The position numbers were made by a program, and so were the translations under genes. The notes beneath the pieces are model-generated. The model worked only from the letters and a program-made list of their open reading frames with translations. It did not search any database and was not told where the DNA came from. A stretch of 63,982 nt of DNA, the filler included, from Circinaria calcarea (Eukaryota), in the NCBI GenBank assembly GCA_051942165.1. It is 7 parts of 7 records of this genome, joined end to end, with 100 filler letters (N's around TTAATTAATTAA, not from the genome) between each part and the next. Parts side by side here need not be neighbours in the genome. Positions count along the whole stretch, not along the records: positions 1 to 9,111 come from JAVECS010000982.1; positions 9,212 to 18,312 come from JAVECS010000983.1; 5 more parts are not named here. One strand, 5' to 3'. Numbering within the stretch: position 1 is the first letter of the stretch; each line of letters opens with the position of its first letter. This document shows, one piece after another, positions 1 through 10,695 of this stretch.

Positions 1-857
1 AGAAAGTCGGTTTGTCTATTCTACTAGGCTTGGGTATACTGTTCGTTTTCCCATAATCTTCCACGAAGACCGCAGATGCTGACAGGCAATAGGGCAGGCA
101 TCGCGGCATCTTTCAAGACGGCACAGCTATCTAGACCAGCAGTAGATGTCACATGTAAGTCGAGCATTATTGGAGTGAAAGTACCTATGATACGGATGGC
201 TAACGATACTTCACGTAGGGCAATCTTATAGTTTGCTCCTTTGGATTTCGTAAGCCAACCTCACCCCGCTACCGAGTTTCCATTTCTTGATCCTGCCGCA
301 TCCCACCCAGCTTCCTCATCTCCCAATTAAGCCTCATCCGCAGACTGATTCTCTAGTACCCATATCTACGTTGTACTAACATACCACTCAGAACTGAACT
401 AACTCTGATCATTATTTGCGGCTCCATACCTACTCTCAAGCCTTTGTACGACCTAGCTGCAAACGGAAAGCCCCTAACCAGGAACCAATCGACGCAACAA
501 GCAAGTCGTATCCTTCCCACACGTAGCAGCAACAAGTTCCAGCATATATCTGCAACTGCGAGTAACAGCTCAGCAAAGGTCACGTTGCGAGAAGCACATG
601 CATTGGATGTTGAGTACGGCTTCGGTATGGATGTGCAAGGGGGCCGGCCTGCGGAAAGTGGTGGTCTTGGGGGTAGGAATGATTTAGGACAAGATGGCCG
701 TGACTAGGCATGGCATGTCCTCCTTTGGGGAATACATCCGCTTAGAAACTCCATTCCACTTCACTCCAAACACTTGCCGTTCTTTGTATACAGTATCAGA
801 AGCACCTTGAAGAAAAAAAAAATTTCAGAAACACTATCACCTTTTTATATTTCTACT

Positions 858-1225
858 GCAGCAGCCACTGGATGAATTCTATCCCATCTTAGCTACTTCC
901 TTAGGGAACATCATCTACAGCCCCCGATGTTTTTTAATACTTCCTTACTCTCACCCATTACAATAGTTTGTTGCTCGATAAGAGGCTATACAGGTAACGA
1001 TTGGTAGAATTCTCTTATAACCACGGCACTCTGCGGCTCCTTCACGGAGTCGCTGTTCTCCAGCATGATAGTGTATCGACTCCTCTTTCATCCGCTCCGA
1101 TATATCCCCAGGCCCATGTTAGCTAGCGTATCTAAGCTATATTATTGCATTTTATATCCGCAAGTCAAAGCAGTACCTATTCTTGGAGAGACTGCATTAA
1201 TAATATAGCGAGTTAATCAGGACAG
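858..1225 (+). pseudogene. Cytochrome P450 N-terminal relic
   Basis: Manual translation gives LSHLSYFLREHHLQPP...MIVYRLLFHPLRYIPRPMLASVSKL, then after a frameshift SKQYLFLERLH**YSELIRTG, followed by a GTGAG donor at 1226. This matches the fungal P450 N-terminal pattern YRLxFHPLxxxPGP...LHxxYGxxxRxG. Tandem TAA TAA at 1198-1203. Confidence 0.7.
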
Positions 1226-2827
1226 GTGAGTGTAGCTCGTCCTTAACAAATATAGAAGCAGTGGGTTACTAATTCTCTCCGCAACGAGTTTCTATGGTCG
1301 GAATTTAGTTTATAATCTTGAAGCCCTCCGAAGCTATATTCAATATTCAATGGTGCACCCCCTCTAACTGCGTGAAAAGCCGCCCGGTATAATATGGCTA
1401 TACCCGGCCGCGTGGGGGTCGTAATAATAAGATCAAGAATACTCGACGCCGGGATCTGAAACCTAGCGTTCAATTTTCAAAAGGATTTGAGACTATTCCA
1501 AGTTTACTCAAAGCTTCCCAATCCTTAACCTCCTCCGCCGGAGAGAGAAAAAGAAATTGCTATTGCATGACGCACAGTGACGCGCAGGAAGCACACGTAC
1601 CTGGTGGCCAAGGTGGGGTACGGAAAAATCTTGAAGTAACGTACCTTTGCGGCTCGAAGTTCTACGCCAAACCCCAACGGTCCCAAAAAGTATGAGCTAT
1701 CTGACGGTGGCAACTGCTACGATTAATCCGGTCCCGGTCCAGTCCAGGGCCTGAAAAAGGTAAATGGTTCTGGAGTGGTGCCAGCGTTGCTTTCGTATCG
1801 AGAACTGGGCAGTGAGGGCCGAAAAACTACATAATAAATATATATAGAGAAGAAGGAGAAAAATTGCACCGGTGCATTTCTAAGCGCAAACGAAAAATCT
1901 CTAGGCTGCCCTACCTAGTTGGTTCAAGGAATGGCGGAGAGTCTTCAGAAGGGAAAATGGGGAAAGGGTGGGTTCTGAAGCCGCAGTGTGAGAATCGAGG
2001 AATAGCGGTCGGGATGATGGAAAGATATCTGAAATTAGAGGCCTTTTGAAATCGAAGCCTTGGGAATGTAGAAGTTTCATGTCCCCTAAGGGAGTGAATA
2101 ACCTTGAATCTAAAAGAGTCGGTATTACAGACAGCCCCACCGCCGCGGAAAGCCCTTCTTTTCTGCAAGCTACCCCTATACCCGTGTCCCCATCCTATCA
2201 TAGGCCTGCGTAGAAAGAGCAGTACTTTAGCGAACTCTCTCGCTCCTACCTAGCTACATGAACATAGTCAAATCAATGAACCCGAATTCCTGCATGACAC
2301 TTCTGACCCGCTCAGGCGGATTATTGTCGGGTCCAATTCATCCGTGTTATGCGTGCTGCAGGTTAAAAGTCTAATAATTTCCGGACGCAGTGGGGCTTAG
2401 TCAAGAGACAAGGATTCGGATTGTGTTCCGGGCCTTTTATCCAGGCGAAGTCTCCACGGTTCGTACCCGTGCCTTGTGGCTGCTGACGACCTTGTGATCG
2501 TACAGATGTGCCCAGGGAAACACAATCCGATCCTCCTTCCCTGCCCTTTTCGGTCCACAGTGGTCAAGAGATAATAAGGGTCAGGGAAATACCTCACATG
2601 TGGCACATGCATGAGGCAGTTAGCTGTGCACGCACGCTTGCCTTGTCCTATACCATAGACAGTCTTAGATGAAAGGGCTAATTCGAATATATATATGAGT
2701 AGAACCCCTCGGTGAGCCCTACGACTTAATCACAAGTTCACAACGGTATCCGTAAAATCAGATAATCTCCTCTAGCTATATCGACGTTTGCGGTCGTCAC
2801 CTGCAAACCTCACGACTCTGAATCGAA

Positions 2828-4206
2828 ATGGCTCTCTCCAACACCATCAAATCCATCGACGAGGCTATCCAAGGCCTGCCACCTTTGAGTGAGGCCAGGG
2901 AAGAGGAGCGTCAGGAGCTTCTGGCAAAATGCAAGAAGTTGCAGACTGCCTTGGAGACGCCGGTTGACACTCTGACAGGAATCGCTCTTGCCGTAAGTCA
3001 CCTCTGCTCTGATGTTAGCTTTTTTTCGCCATCAGATTGGCGCTGCTAAGCCTTGCATCGGAATACCAGGGCCACCGTCACGCCGTCCTCAGAGTGGCGG
3101 TGGAAATGGGACTGTTCAACGTCCTAGTGGGAGTTAAGGAAGATGGAATCGACATTGAACAGCTTGCTACAAGCACAGGTGCAGATAAGGTACTGGTCGG
3201 TGAGTACTTCAGATAGCTAGACGGAATGCTTGCTTGATGCCTTACAGCGCGAATCATGAGAGTCTTGGCGGCCACGGAGTTTGCCAAAGATCTGGGGAAT
3301 GGAAACTACGCACCTACGCCCAAGACAGGATTCTTTGTTGATGGGTCACCTCTCAGAGATGGAATAGTCCATCTGTTAGTTCACCTTCCCAGGCTCTGGT
3401 CTGGATCAGTAGGATAATCGTTGACATTGATTCTACTTAGGGCACTGTTTTCAATTGTGCTGGTCAAACTTGCCGACTATTTCCGTGAGAAGGGGTACCA
3501 CAATCCCGACGACGCTTATTCAGGACCCTTCCAGTACGCCTTCAATACAAATCTTCATTACTTCCACTGGTTGAAACAGGAGCCCGAGCAACAGGCTGCT
3601 TTCAACTCTGTGATGGCAGTAACTCGTCTTCATAGGGGCGAAGAATGGTTCGAGTTCTTCCCCGTGACGGAGAAATTTCAGCAAACCGATAGCCAGCGTC
3701 CACTCCTCATCGACATTGGTGGCGGCTTGGGCCACGACATTTCTGCCTTCAGAGCCCGGTACCCTGATCTCCCTGGGCGCTTGATTCTACAAGACCTACC
3801 CGTCGTAATCGACCAGATCAAAGAACTTGGCCCGGGGATTGATGGCATGAAGTATGACTTCTTCACACCGCAACCAGTCAAAGGAGCACGAGCGTATTAT
3901 ATGCGCACTGTGCTGCATGATTGGCCAGACAAGCAAGCGCGAACGATCCTCGAGAATATCCGAGAAGCTATGAAACCAGATTCGATGCTGCTACTCAATG
4001 AAAACGATCTGCCTGCATCGAACGTTAGTCTTTACTCGGCTGAAATTGACTTTTCGATGATGGCGATATTCGCTTCGTTGGAGCGTACCCAGAAACAGTG
4101 GGAGGAGCTGCTTGAATCTGCAGGCTTCGAGGTGGTCCATGTTTGGAAGCCGAAAACCCAGGTTGCTGCGTCTGCTATCTTATTCGAGGCCGTTCCCAAG
4201 AAATGA
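2828..4206 (+). CDS. SAM-dependent O-methyltransferase (Methyltransf_2 / COMT-type, secondary metabolism), 4 exons
   Basis: SAM-binding motif LIDIGGGLGHD, LILQDLP, YDFFTPQPVKGARAYYMRTVLHDW; N-terminal exon reads HAVLRVAVEMGLF; first intron GTAAGT 2993 to CAG 3069. Confidence 0.92.
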
Positions 4207-5436
4207 AGCAGACAGCGTAACGGGGCCACGGATCGGCGTTGTTAGCTGTCAGACGGGGAGGCGGAAGGGAATGCTGATGGGTGTCACGTTCGACTGCAAA
4301 CAGAGTACAGACGGCTCGGGCTAAAATTTCTTGACTTTCATGGGTCCTCGTACAACGCCACTTTATTATTGACAGGATATAGTACACTTAGCAGCAGAAA
4401 TATATTCGTGATACAGCTGATAGCTCTTGCTTAAGCGCATTATCTTTCATGAGACCACTGCTATTTCCTCCATGTGGTGTAGTGTCGTGGCAAAGGTTCT
4501 GGAAAGGTATTAGAACGCTGTCGAGAAATGCGGGGAGATACCCTTGTATTTAACCCCGTATAATAAGTACATTAGTGAAGATTTTAGCCCGAACTGTCTG
4601 TAGTCTGTACCATAAGCCTTGTTGAATTCGTGTGGCTCAAGCTGCTGCTGCCGAGCTAGATAGTCATATGTGAATGAAGCAACCTTTCCAAACGCACGTA
4701 CTTTAGTCTTATTCTGCACTGGACAATCATCGTAATCCAATGAAATGTAGGTTGTCTCCGTTCCTTGTGGCAGGGTAGTTATTGGTAGATAGCAACAGAT
4801 GCAACTGCGGGCGAGGCGAACGGGGCTTGCATTGGTAGTGTCGGGTTATCTGTCCGAATCACGAGGGAGTTGGGAGCCTCTGGGGTGCTGACATGGAGCA
4901 TGGTTAATTACTCCTGACTCGGGATCATCTAGATTTGACACGTTGCATACGCCGCAATGGTTGCTTGGGACCCGCATGGCTAAGGATTCCTAAGATGTGC
5001 ATGTATGTTCTACTCAAGTTCACGGCTCAGGTGCACCACGCATCCTAGGTCCTACATCATTTCCTTAGCTACAGGGCACATTCAATCATACTATTGAAGT
5101 CATGAAAAGCGTTGATCTTTTCGTTATTTTGGCTCTCACAGCCAGTTTCAGGGCGGGAAGGGTGGTCTGTAATGGTGGCTTAGAGCCGGGAAGAGGAACG
5201 GCACTGACCAAACCACTAACCAAAAATACCTTGTTCAAGCCTTATACCAACTAGTTCTGTCTTCCTTGGAGCCTTTTCTGGGTGCTTTGCCTCAGGGCTA
5301 GGTCCCTACTTGCCAGACAAGTTACTGCTAGACCCAGTATCTTTTATTGCTATGTGGGCACCTAATTCTCTGTCGTAGTTTTTAAAGCCCAAGAACAGCA
5401 TTTTTCTATCTAGTTCTCTGATACCCTTTCACCACT

Positions 5437-7955
5437 ATGGGTTGGATTACTTCTTTATTGTTAATTCTTATTCTCTCCCCATTTTGTTCTACACAGAATA
5501 TACCTAAAGGTAATATGAGCAGTTTCTATAGTATAAAACTTGTTACCCGTAATCAGATGAAGACACGACTGTTTTCAACCTTGCCGGTAAGCGTGGTGAT
5601 ATGCTGCTAACTTCGAGAAGTTCTGTTTTAAAGTAGTACTCTTGGGCTAATTATATCACTAGTGTTATAACCTAGCGAGCAAGCCTTTCTGATGCTTCCT
5701 AGGTCTTTCCTCAAAATCTGTTGCGGATGAACAGGCTTCTTCTCCATATACAAATCTATCTGAATTTCTAACCAATAATGTACGTCACCTGTCATGTAGA
5801 GATTTCCTGATCTGATGTGCCATCTAGCCTCTACCCCAAAGATATCCATGGGGCTCAGCAAGCACGTCAAAATCCGGCCCTTTCAGCCCTCCAAATACTG
5901 GAGTGACCCGGACATATGAGCTCACCATCTCTCGACGATTTCAAGCTGCAGATGGAGTTAATAAAAGCTCGATCCTCATCAACAATCAGTTCCCCAGCCC
6001 ACTGATTGAGGCCAACTGGGGGGATACGATCCAAGTGTTGGTGAAGAATGGCCTTACAAGTCCTGAGCAGGGTACTTCAGTTCACTGGCATGGCTTCACT
6101 CAGAAGAGTACACCTTGGTAAAATCCATGGCAATCGAATAATCACTTCCTAATCATATTGACGTTGCTTGCAGGTTCGACGGCGTTCCATCTGTTCAACA
6201 GTGTCCGATTACACCAGGTACCTCTCTTACATACACATTCCAGGCCAGTCAATATGGAACCACCTGGTATCATAGTCACTATGGATCTCAATATATGGAT
6301 GGATCATTTGGGCCAATCGTTGTCCACGGGTCAGTTGATGAACTATTTGGATGAATTTACAATGTACTAAATTATGTTCAGTCTATGATGTTGACTTGGG
6401 GCCTGTTTTACTTGTAAGCAGCATTTTCTTTATCGCCCCTGGGAGGGAAGCTACAGTCTCTGGATGCCGTACACGTCCGAATATAAACCATTTTAAAGGA
6501 TGTCAGATTTAAGGCAACGGATTTCGGCCGGCTAATGTACTGATAATGGTCCAGACCGACTATTTCCACAGAACTTCATATACATATATTGACGCTGGCT
6601 ACGAAAAGCCTCCCGTTATTCATGGCCCGGACAACAACCTCATCAATGGCAGAATGTACTACGATTGCAGCTTTATTACACCCACCAATGGGACAACTTG
6701 TGTACCAAACGCGCCAATCTCCAAATTCGCATTCAGTACAGGCAAAACCCACCGTCTTCGACTGATCAATGCAGGTGTCGAGTCAACGCAGAAGTTCTCT
6801 GTAGACAACCATGAGATGACCGTGATTGCGATTGACTTTGTTCCAGTTAACCCCTACACTACAAAGGTAGTTACTCTGGGGATTGGCCAGCGTACAGACG
6901 TCCTGATCAAAGCGACTGGCAAACCTACTGATACTGCCTGGATACGATCCGATATTGACACCGCTTGCTTTCCACTGGCCATACAGCCTCATGCGCTGGC
7001 CGCCGTTTACTACCCTCGTTCGAACCGCACCTCTTTACCTAATACGACTGCAACGCCATGGGAAAGCAACAATTGTGCTAATGTATCTCGGCCCATCGGC
7101 ATCCATATCTCCTCACTTGCGTTTGCTAACTCTTAAAAAGGATCCTCTCAGCACAACGGTCCCGGTATATGCTACGAAGCCCCCCGCATCTCCTGCTGCG
7201 ACGCAGCTTTTGGATCTCGACTTGACTGTCAATGCCACCGGGTTCTTAGTTCTCACTATCAACAACTCATCTTTTCGTGCGAATTACAAGTAAGTTCTAC
7301 CACCTCAACGGCTATTAAACAACCTCATCCCGTTCTAGCCATCCACTGCTCCTACTGGCGAAACTAGGAAACACATCATACCCTGACGACCCCCAGTGGA
7401 ACGTGTACAACTTTGGTAGCGCATCGTCGATCCGGCTGGTCGTTCGCAGTTATGCCCCCCTACCTCACCCAATGCACCTCCACGGCCATGACTTCTGGGT
7501 CTTGGCGGAAGGCGTGGGTGAATGGGATGGGAGCATTGTAAATCCGAATAATCCCACCCGCCGCGATACCCATCTCATACCCCCTGGATCTCCAACCCTA
7601 TCGAGCTATGCCGTCTACGAATTCGAAGCCGATAACCCAGGTGTCTGGCGTGAGTTACCTCTTATGCTTCCAATTACCTGTTCTAGTTCGTTTGATATGC
7701 TGACCACCAATCTATAAAGCGTTCCATTGCCATATCATTGGCCATGTCAGCGCCGGTCTGTATATTAATATTATAGTATATTACCCCTATTCCTTCAGTC
7801 ATCTACGAAGACGACAGTTAACCAGTATCCGCGTGCAGGAACAACCGGACTTGATTACTCAATTGCCTATCCCATCTACCATGGCGCAAACTTATCGCGA
7901 CTGGGCGACTTGGACGGGAAATAACGTGGTAGACCAGATTGACTCGGGTCTTTGA
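5437..7955 (+). pseudogene. Multicopper oxidase / ascomycete laccase, apparently disrupted
   Basis: All four copper motifs present ([25 protein letters not shown]) and C-terminal DSGL*. In-frame TGA at 5690-5692 upstream of FLTNN|PLPQRYPWG. Splicing the obvious intron 6330-6381 shifts the frame. The 5' start is uncertain. Confidence 0.75.
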
Positions 7956-8441
7956 GAGTTGACATGTGATGTAGAGGGCAACTAGCACTCTTTGAAAATT
8001 TTTCGTACAATGCTGTACCCAATTTAGCGGTACGAGTCTCTTTGCGTTCTGGACAAGAACCAGGGAATAGACGAGCATAGCAATTTGATTTCCCTATTTT
8101 AATTTGATTATGCAAAATCAGGGCTGCTTTTATAGATTCGAAAACCTCGAGCATAGCTCTTGCTCGTAAAATGCTTCGCAAAGGAAAGCCTCTAAGTTAG
8201 ATAAACATGCCTTTTACTTAGGTTGGTATCTCTGCCCCTTAGCTCTTATTCCCGCGACCTCGGGTTCGGCAACCAGCGACGTTTGAAGTACTGGTAAGAA
8301 CATATATTGATTTCTTCCTGTTAGAATGTGCAATCATGGCATGGAGGAATTGCATTAATATTAATATAAACTGGTAGTAATTTGTATTCTATAAAATAGA
8401 AGAGTAGTTTGGGCATAACCCTTATATATTATAATCATAGT

Positions 8442-8614
8442 TGTCACGGTTTTAGCGTCACGTGTCACGGGTTAACATAGCACAGACCCGCTTCGCGGGC
8501 CGGGTCAGGACCGAGATCAGGTGACCCACAATGTATTTAGCTTCTGCAGTATGGGGATTCCATCCTCACACTTAAATCATAGTTAATACTGGAACCCAAC
8601 TTCAGTCCCTGACA
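8442..8614. mobile_element. Solo LTR (173 bp) of an LTR retrotransposon
   Basis: Begins TGTCACGG and ends CCCTGACA (7/8 inverted match, TG...CA); flanked by a perfect 5-bp target-site duplication ATAGT at 8437-8441 and 8615-8619. Confidence 0.85.
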
Positions 8615-8978
8615 ATAGTAAACAGTAGTGCTAACGAGGGACTTTGATATACTTGGGAATCTGTGCACAGTGCGTAGTGGGATCTTAAAAGTGGAGGAAA
8701 AGGGAAGGGAGAAAAGCATAAAGCGAATGTCACGTGTTTTGATACCATGCTCGGCCGTTGAAGTTTAGCCTCAAGATATCTAAGGCCCGCCCGGCTCAAA
8801 ATCTGGTTTGCTGCCTAATACCCAAACAGACACACTTCGTATCGCGAATTTCTCAGCAAGCAACAGAGTCGGGCATCGATAAAGCAATACTTTGTAATTT
8901 ATATCGGAACTTCTCATCAGTGAAGGTAGTGCATTGTTGCTTCAGTAAAATTTCCTCTTGGAAGCATCCCCTATCGGC

Positions 8979-9111
8979 ATGGATCCACTCAGCGTATCCG
9001 CAAGCATCACTGCGCTCCTACAGCTTACTTCAACGGTCGTCAGCTATATCAGCGCAGTGAAAGATGCTTCGAAAGACCGTTCTAGGTGCCTCAACGAAGC
9101 TTCAAGTCTAC
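8979..9111 (+). CDS. Fungal HeLo-like/STAND N-terminal domain protein, 5' fragment cut by contig end
   Basis: MDPLSVSASITALLQLTSTVVSYISAVKDASKDRSR, the typical start of fungal NACHT/NLR-like proteins. Confidence 0.7.
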
Positions 9112-9211
9112 NNNNNNNNNNNNNNNNNNNNNNNNNNNNNNNNNNNNNNNNNNNNTTAATTAATTAANNNNNNNNNNNNNNNNNNNNNNNNNNNNNNNNN
9201 NNNNNNNNNNN
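9112..9211. other. Artificial contig linker (N44-TTAATTAATTAA-N44)
   Basis: 100 bp with a central 12-mer that gives stops in all six frames; the identical linker occurs six times. Confidence 0.98.
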
Positions 9212-10267
9212 CCCCTCGCCCTCCCTCCCAAAGCCTCCGTCACCCCTATCAACCCCCTCGCTCTCCTCTCCGACAGTGCTAAAGTCCTCAAAGCCCAAGT
9301 CACGAAACTCTCCCTCCTCGCCCTCAACAAACCCTTTACCCCCTCCGAAATAACTTTCATCCTGCAAGCCCTCAACCGAGAATGCCTTCCCGCGCTCATG
9401 TCCGCAACGCAACTTCTTCCGGAGGAGAAATACACTCGCTTCTTGAAGAGGTGTGTGGGGAGGGCTGCGGCGGATCTAATGTTAGAGATGGGGAATCTGG
9501 TGGATGAGATTCCGGTGGCTGAGAGTGAGGGGAAGGGGGAGAGGAATGGGAAAGGAGAGGGAAGACATACCTTGGCGAGTACGGGAGTGGTTTGGGATAT
9601 TTGTGATGGGTTGGTTCGGATTGCGGAAAAGGGGCTGAGAGAGTGCGCGGCGGCGAAGGTAGGGGAATGGCACGGGTTGTTCAAGGATGCGGTGGATGAG
9701 CTGGATGTCTGGAATGGGGGCGGAGAGCTGGTGGATATGGTGAAGGCTACCGAAGCAATGGATTTGGCGGATAGGAATGGAAGGGATAAGCTTTTGGCAA
9801 GGAGAGAATCGAGTGCGAGCGAGGACAGTGATCCGTTCGAGATGCAGGGGCCTAAGACCGAAGCTCTGCGTACCTTTACGTCTCGTGTGCTGAGGACTCT
9901 GAAGCTAGTACAGCTACTCTATTCTCCGCTGACCAAGAGGCGGATACGCCGGTTTCCCGAGATTTCTATGAGTACGAGAGAGGATGATCTCCCTACGACG
10001 GAACAAGTAGAGAAGATGGACGACTTGATACAATACTGTGAGTTGTTCACCAATGAAGCGGATGAAATTGCCGGGATGCTGTATGAGGCGGACGAGATGA
10101 CTGGACTGGTGTATGAGGATGAGGAAGAGGAGATAATAAAGAGACTAAGTGCGATGAAAGGTTCGGCGAGAAAGTGCCTGGATCGTGTCAAAGAAAGATG
10201 GGAGGGTGGGGAGGATGAATTTTCAGTGTGGGTGGGTAAGTGGCTGCTCAAGCTGGACGAGACGTGA
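9212..10267 (+). CDS. Probable Grap2/cyclin-D-interacting (GCIP)-domain protein, 5' truncated
   Basis: Frame is open from the contig start: LLSDSAKVLKAQVTKLSLLALNKPFTPSEI...LASTGVVWDICD...LFKDAVDELDVW. Confidence 0.65.
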   Translation, partial: PLALPPKASVTPINPLALLSDSAKVLKAQVTKLSLLALNKPFTPSEITFILQALNRECLPALMSATQLLPEEKYTRFLKRCVGRAAADLMLEMGNLVDEIPVAESEGKGERNGKGEGRHTLASTGVVWDICDGLVRIAEKGLRECAAAKVGEWHGLFKDAVDELDVWNGGGELVDMVKATEAMDLADRNGRDKLLARRESSASEDSDPFEMQGPKTEALRTFTSRVLRTLKLVQLLYSPLTKRRIRRFPEISMSTREDDLPTTEQVEKMDDLIQYCELFTNEADEIAGMLYEADEMTGLVYEDEEEEIIKRLSAMKGSARKCLDRVKERWEGGEDEFSVWVGKWLLKLDET

Positions 10268-10695
10268 GATGTCGCGATGGCAAAGACTGATGGCAAGGGG
10301 AAAGCACGGTTTGAAGTCTGCCTTTACGCATATTATACCCCGGATTGTACTGCCTTTTTGTTGGAAACCGTCGGTCTTGCTCTGATGTAAACAGGACTAA
10401 ACCAGCAAACCAATTTGTCCTAAGCCTTCATGAGGTCCTATATTCATACCCATCATTCAGTAAAGCGTGATACTCGTCAACCCTATGTACGAAAGCCCCC
10501 ACCATGCAAGAAGAATCCTTGCTTAAAAAGTTCGTATTCCAACCAGCACATGAAATATAGGGAGGGTCCTACCAGACTTCAATCTGAGAAGATACATGGT
10601 GAATGGATTGATTTCATACAATGCCGTACTTATCTAGAGCCATCGTCTGTAACATATTTGTAAGTAAACATAATTTGACACTGCATTGTTACCCC

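Noticed and set aside
1550..1640. Possible RecQ/DEAD-helicase Walker A relic (HTYLVAKVGYGKI)
   Set aside because: Too short, flanked by stops, lacks GKS/T and downstream motifs; needs BLASTX
4510..4830. Protein-like minus-strand reading frame
   Set aside because: No ATG-initiated model or recognisable motif
9156..9167. TTAATTAATTAA recurring every ~9.2 kb as a biological periodic repeat
   Set aside because: It is embedded in fixed-length N runs and is an assembly spacer
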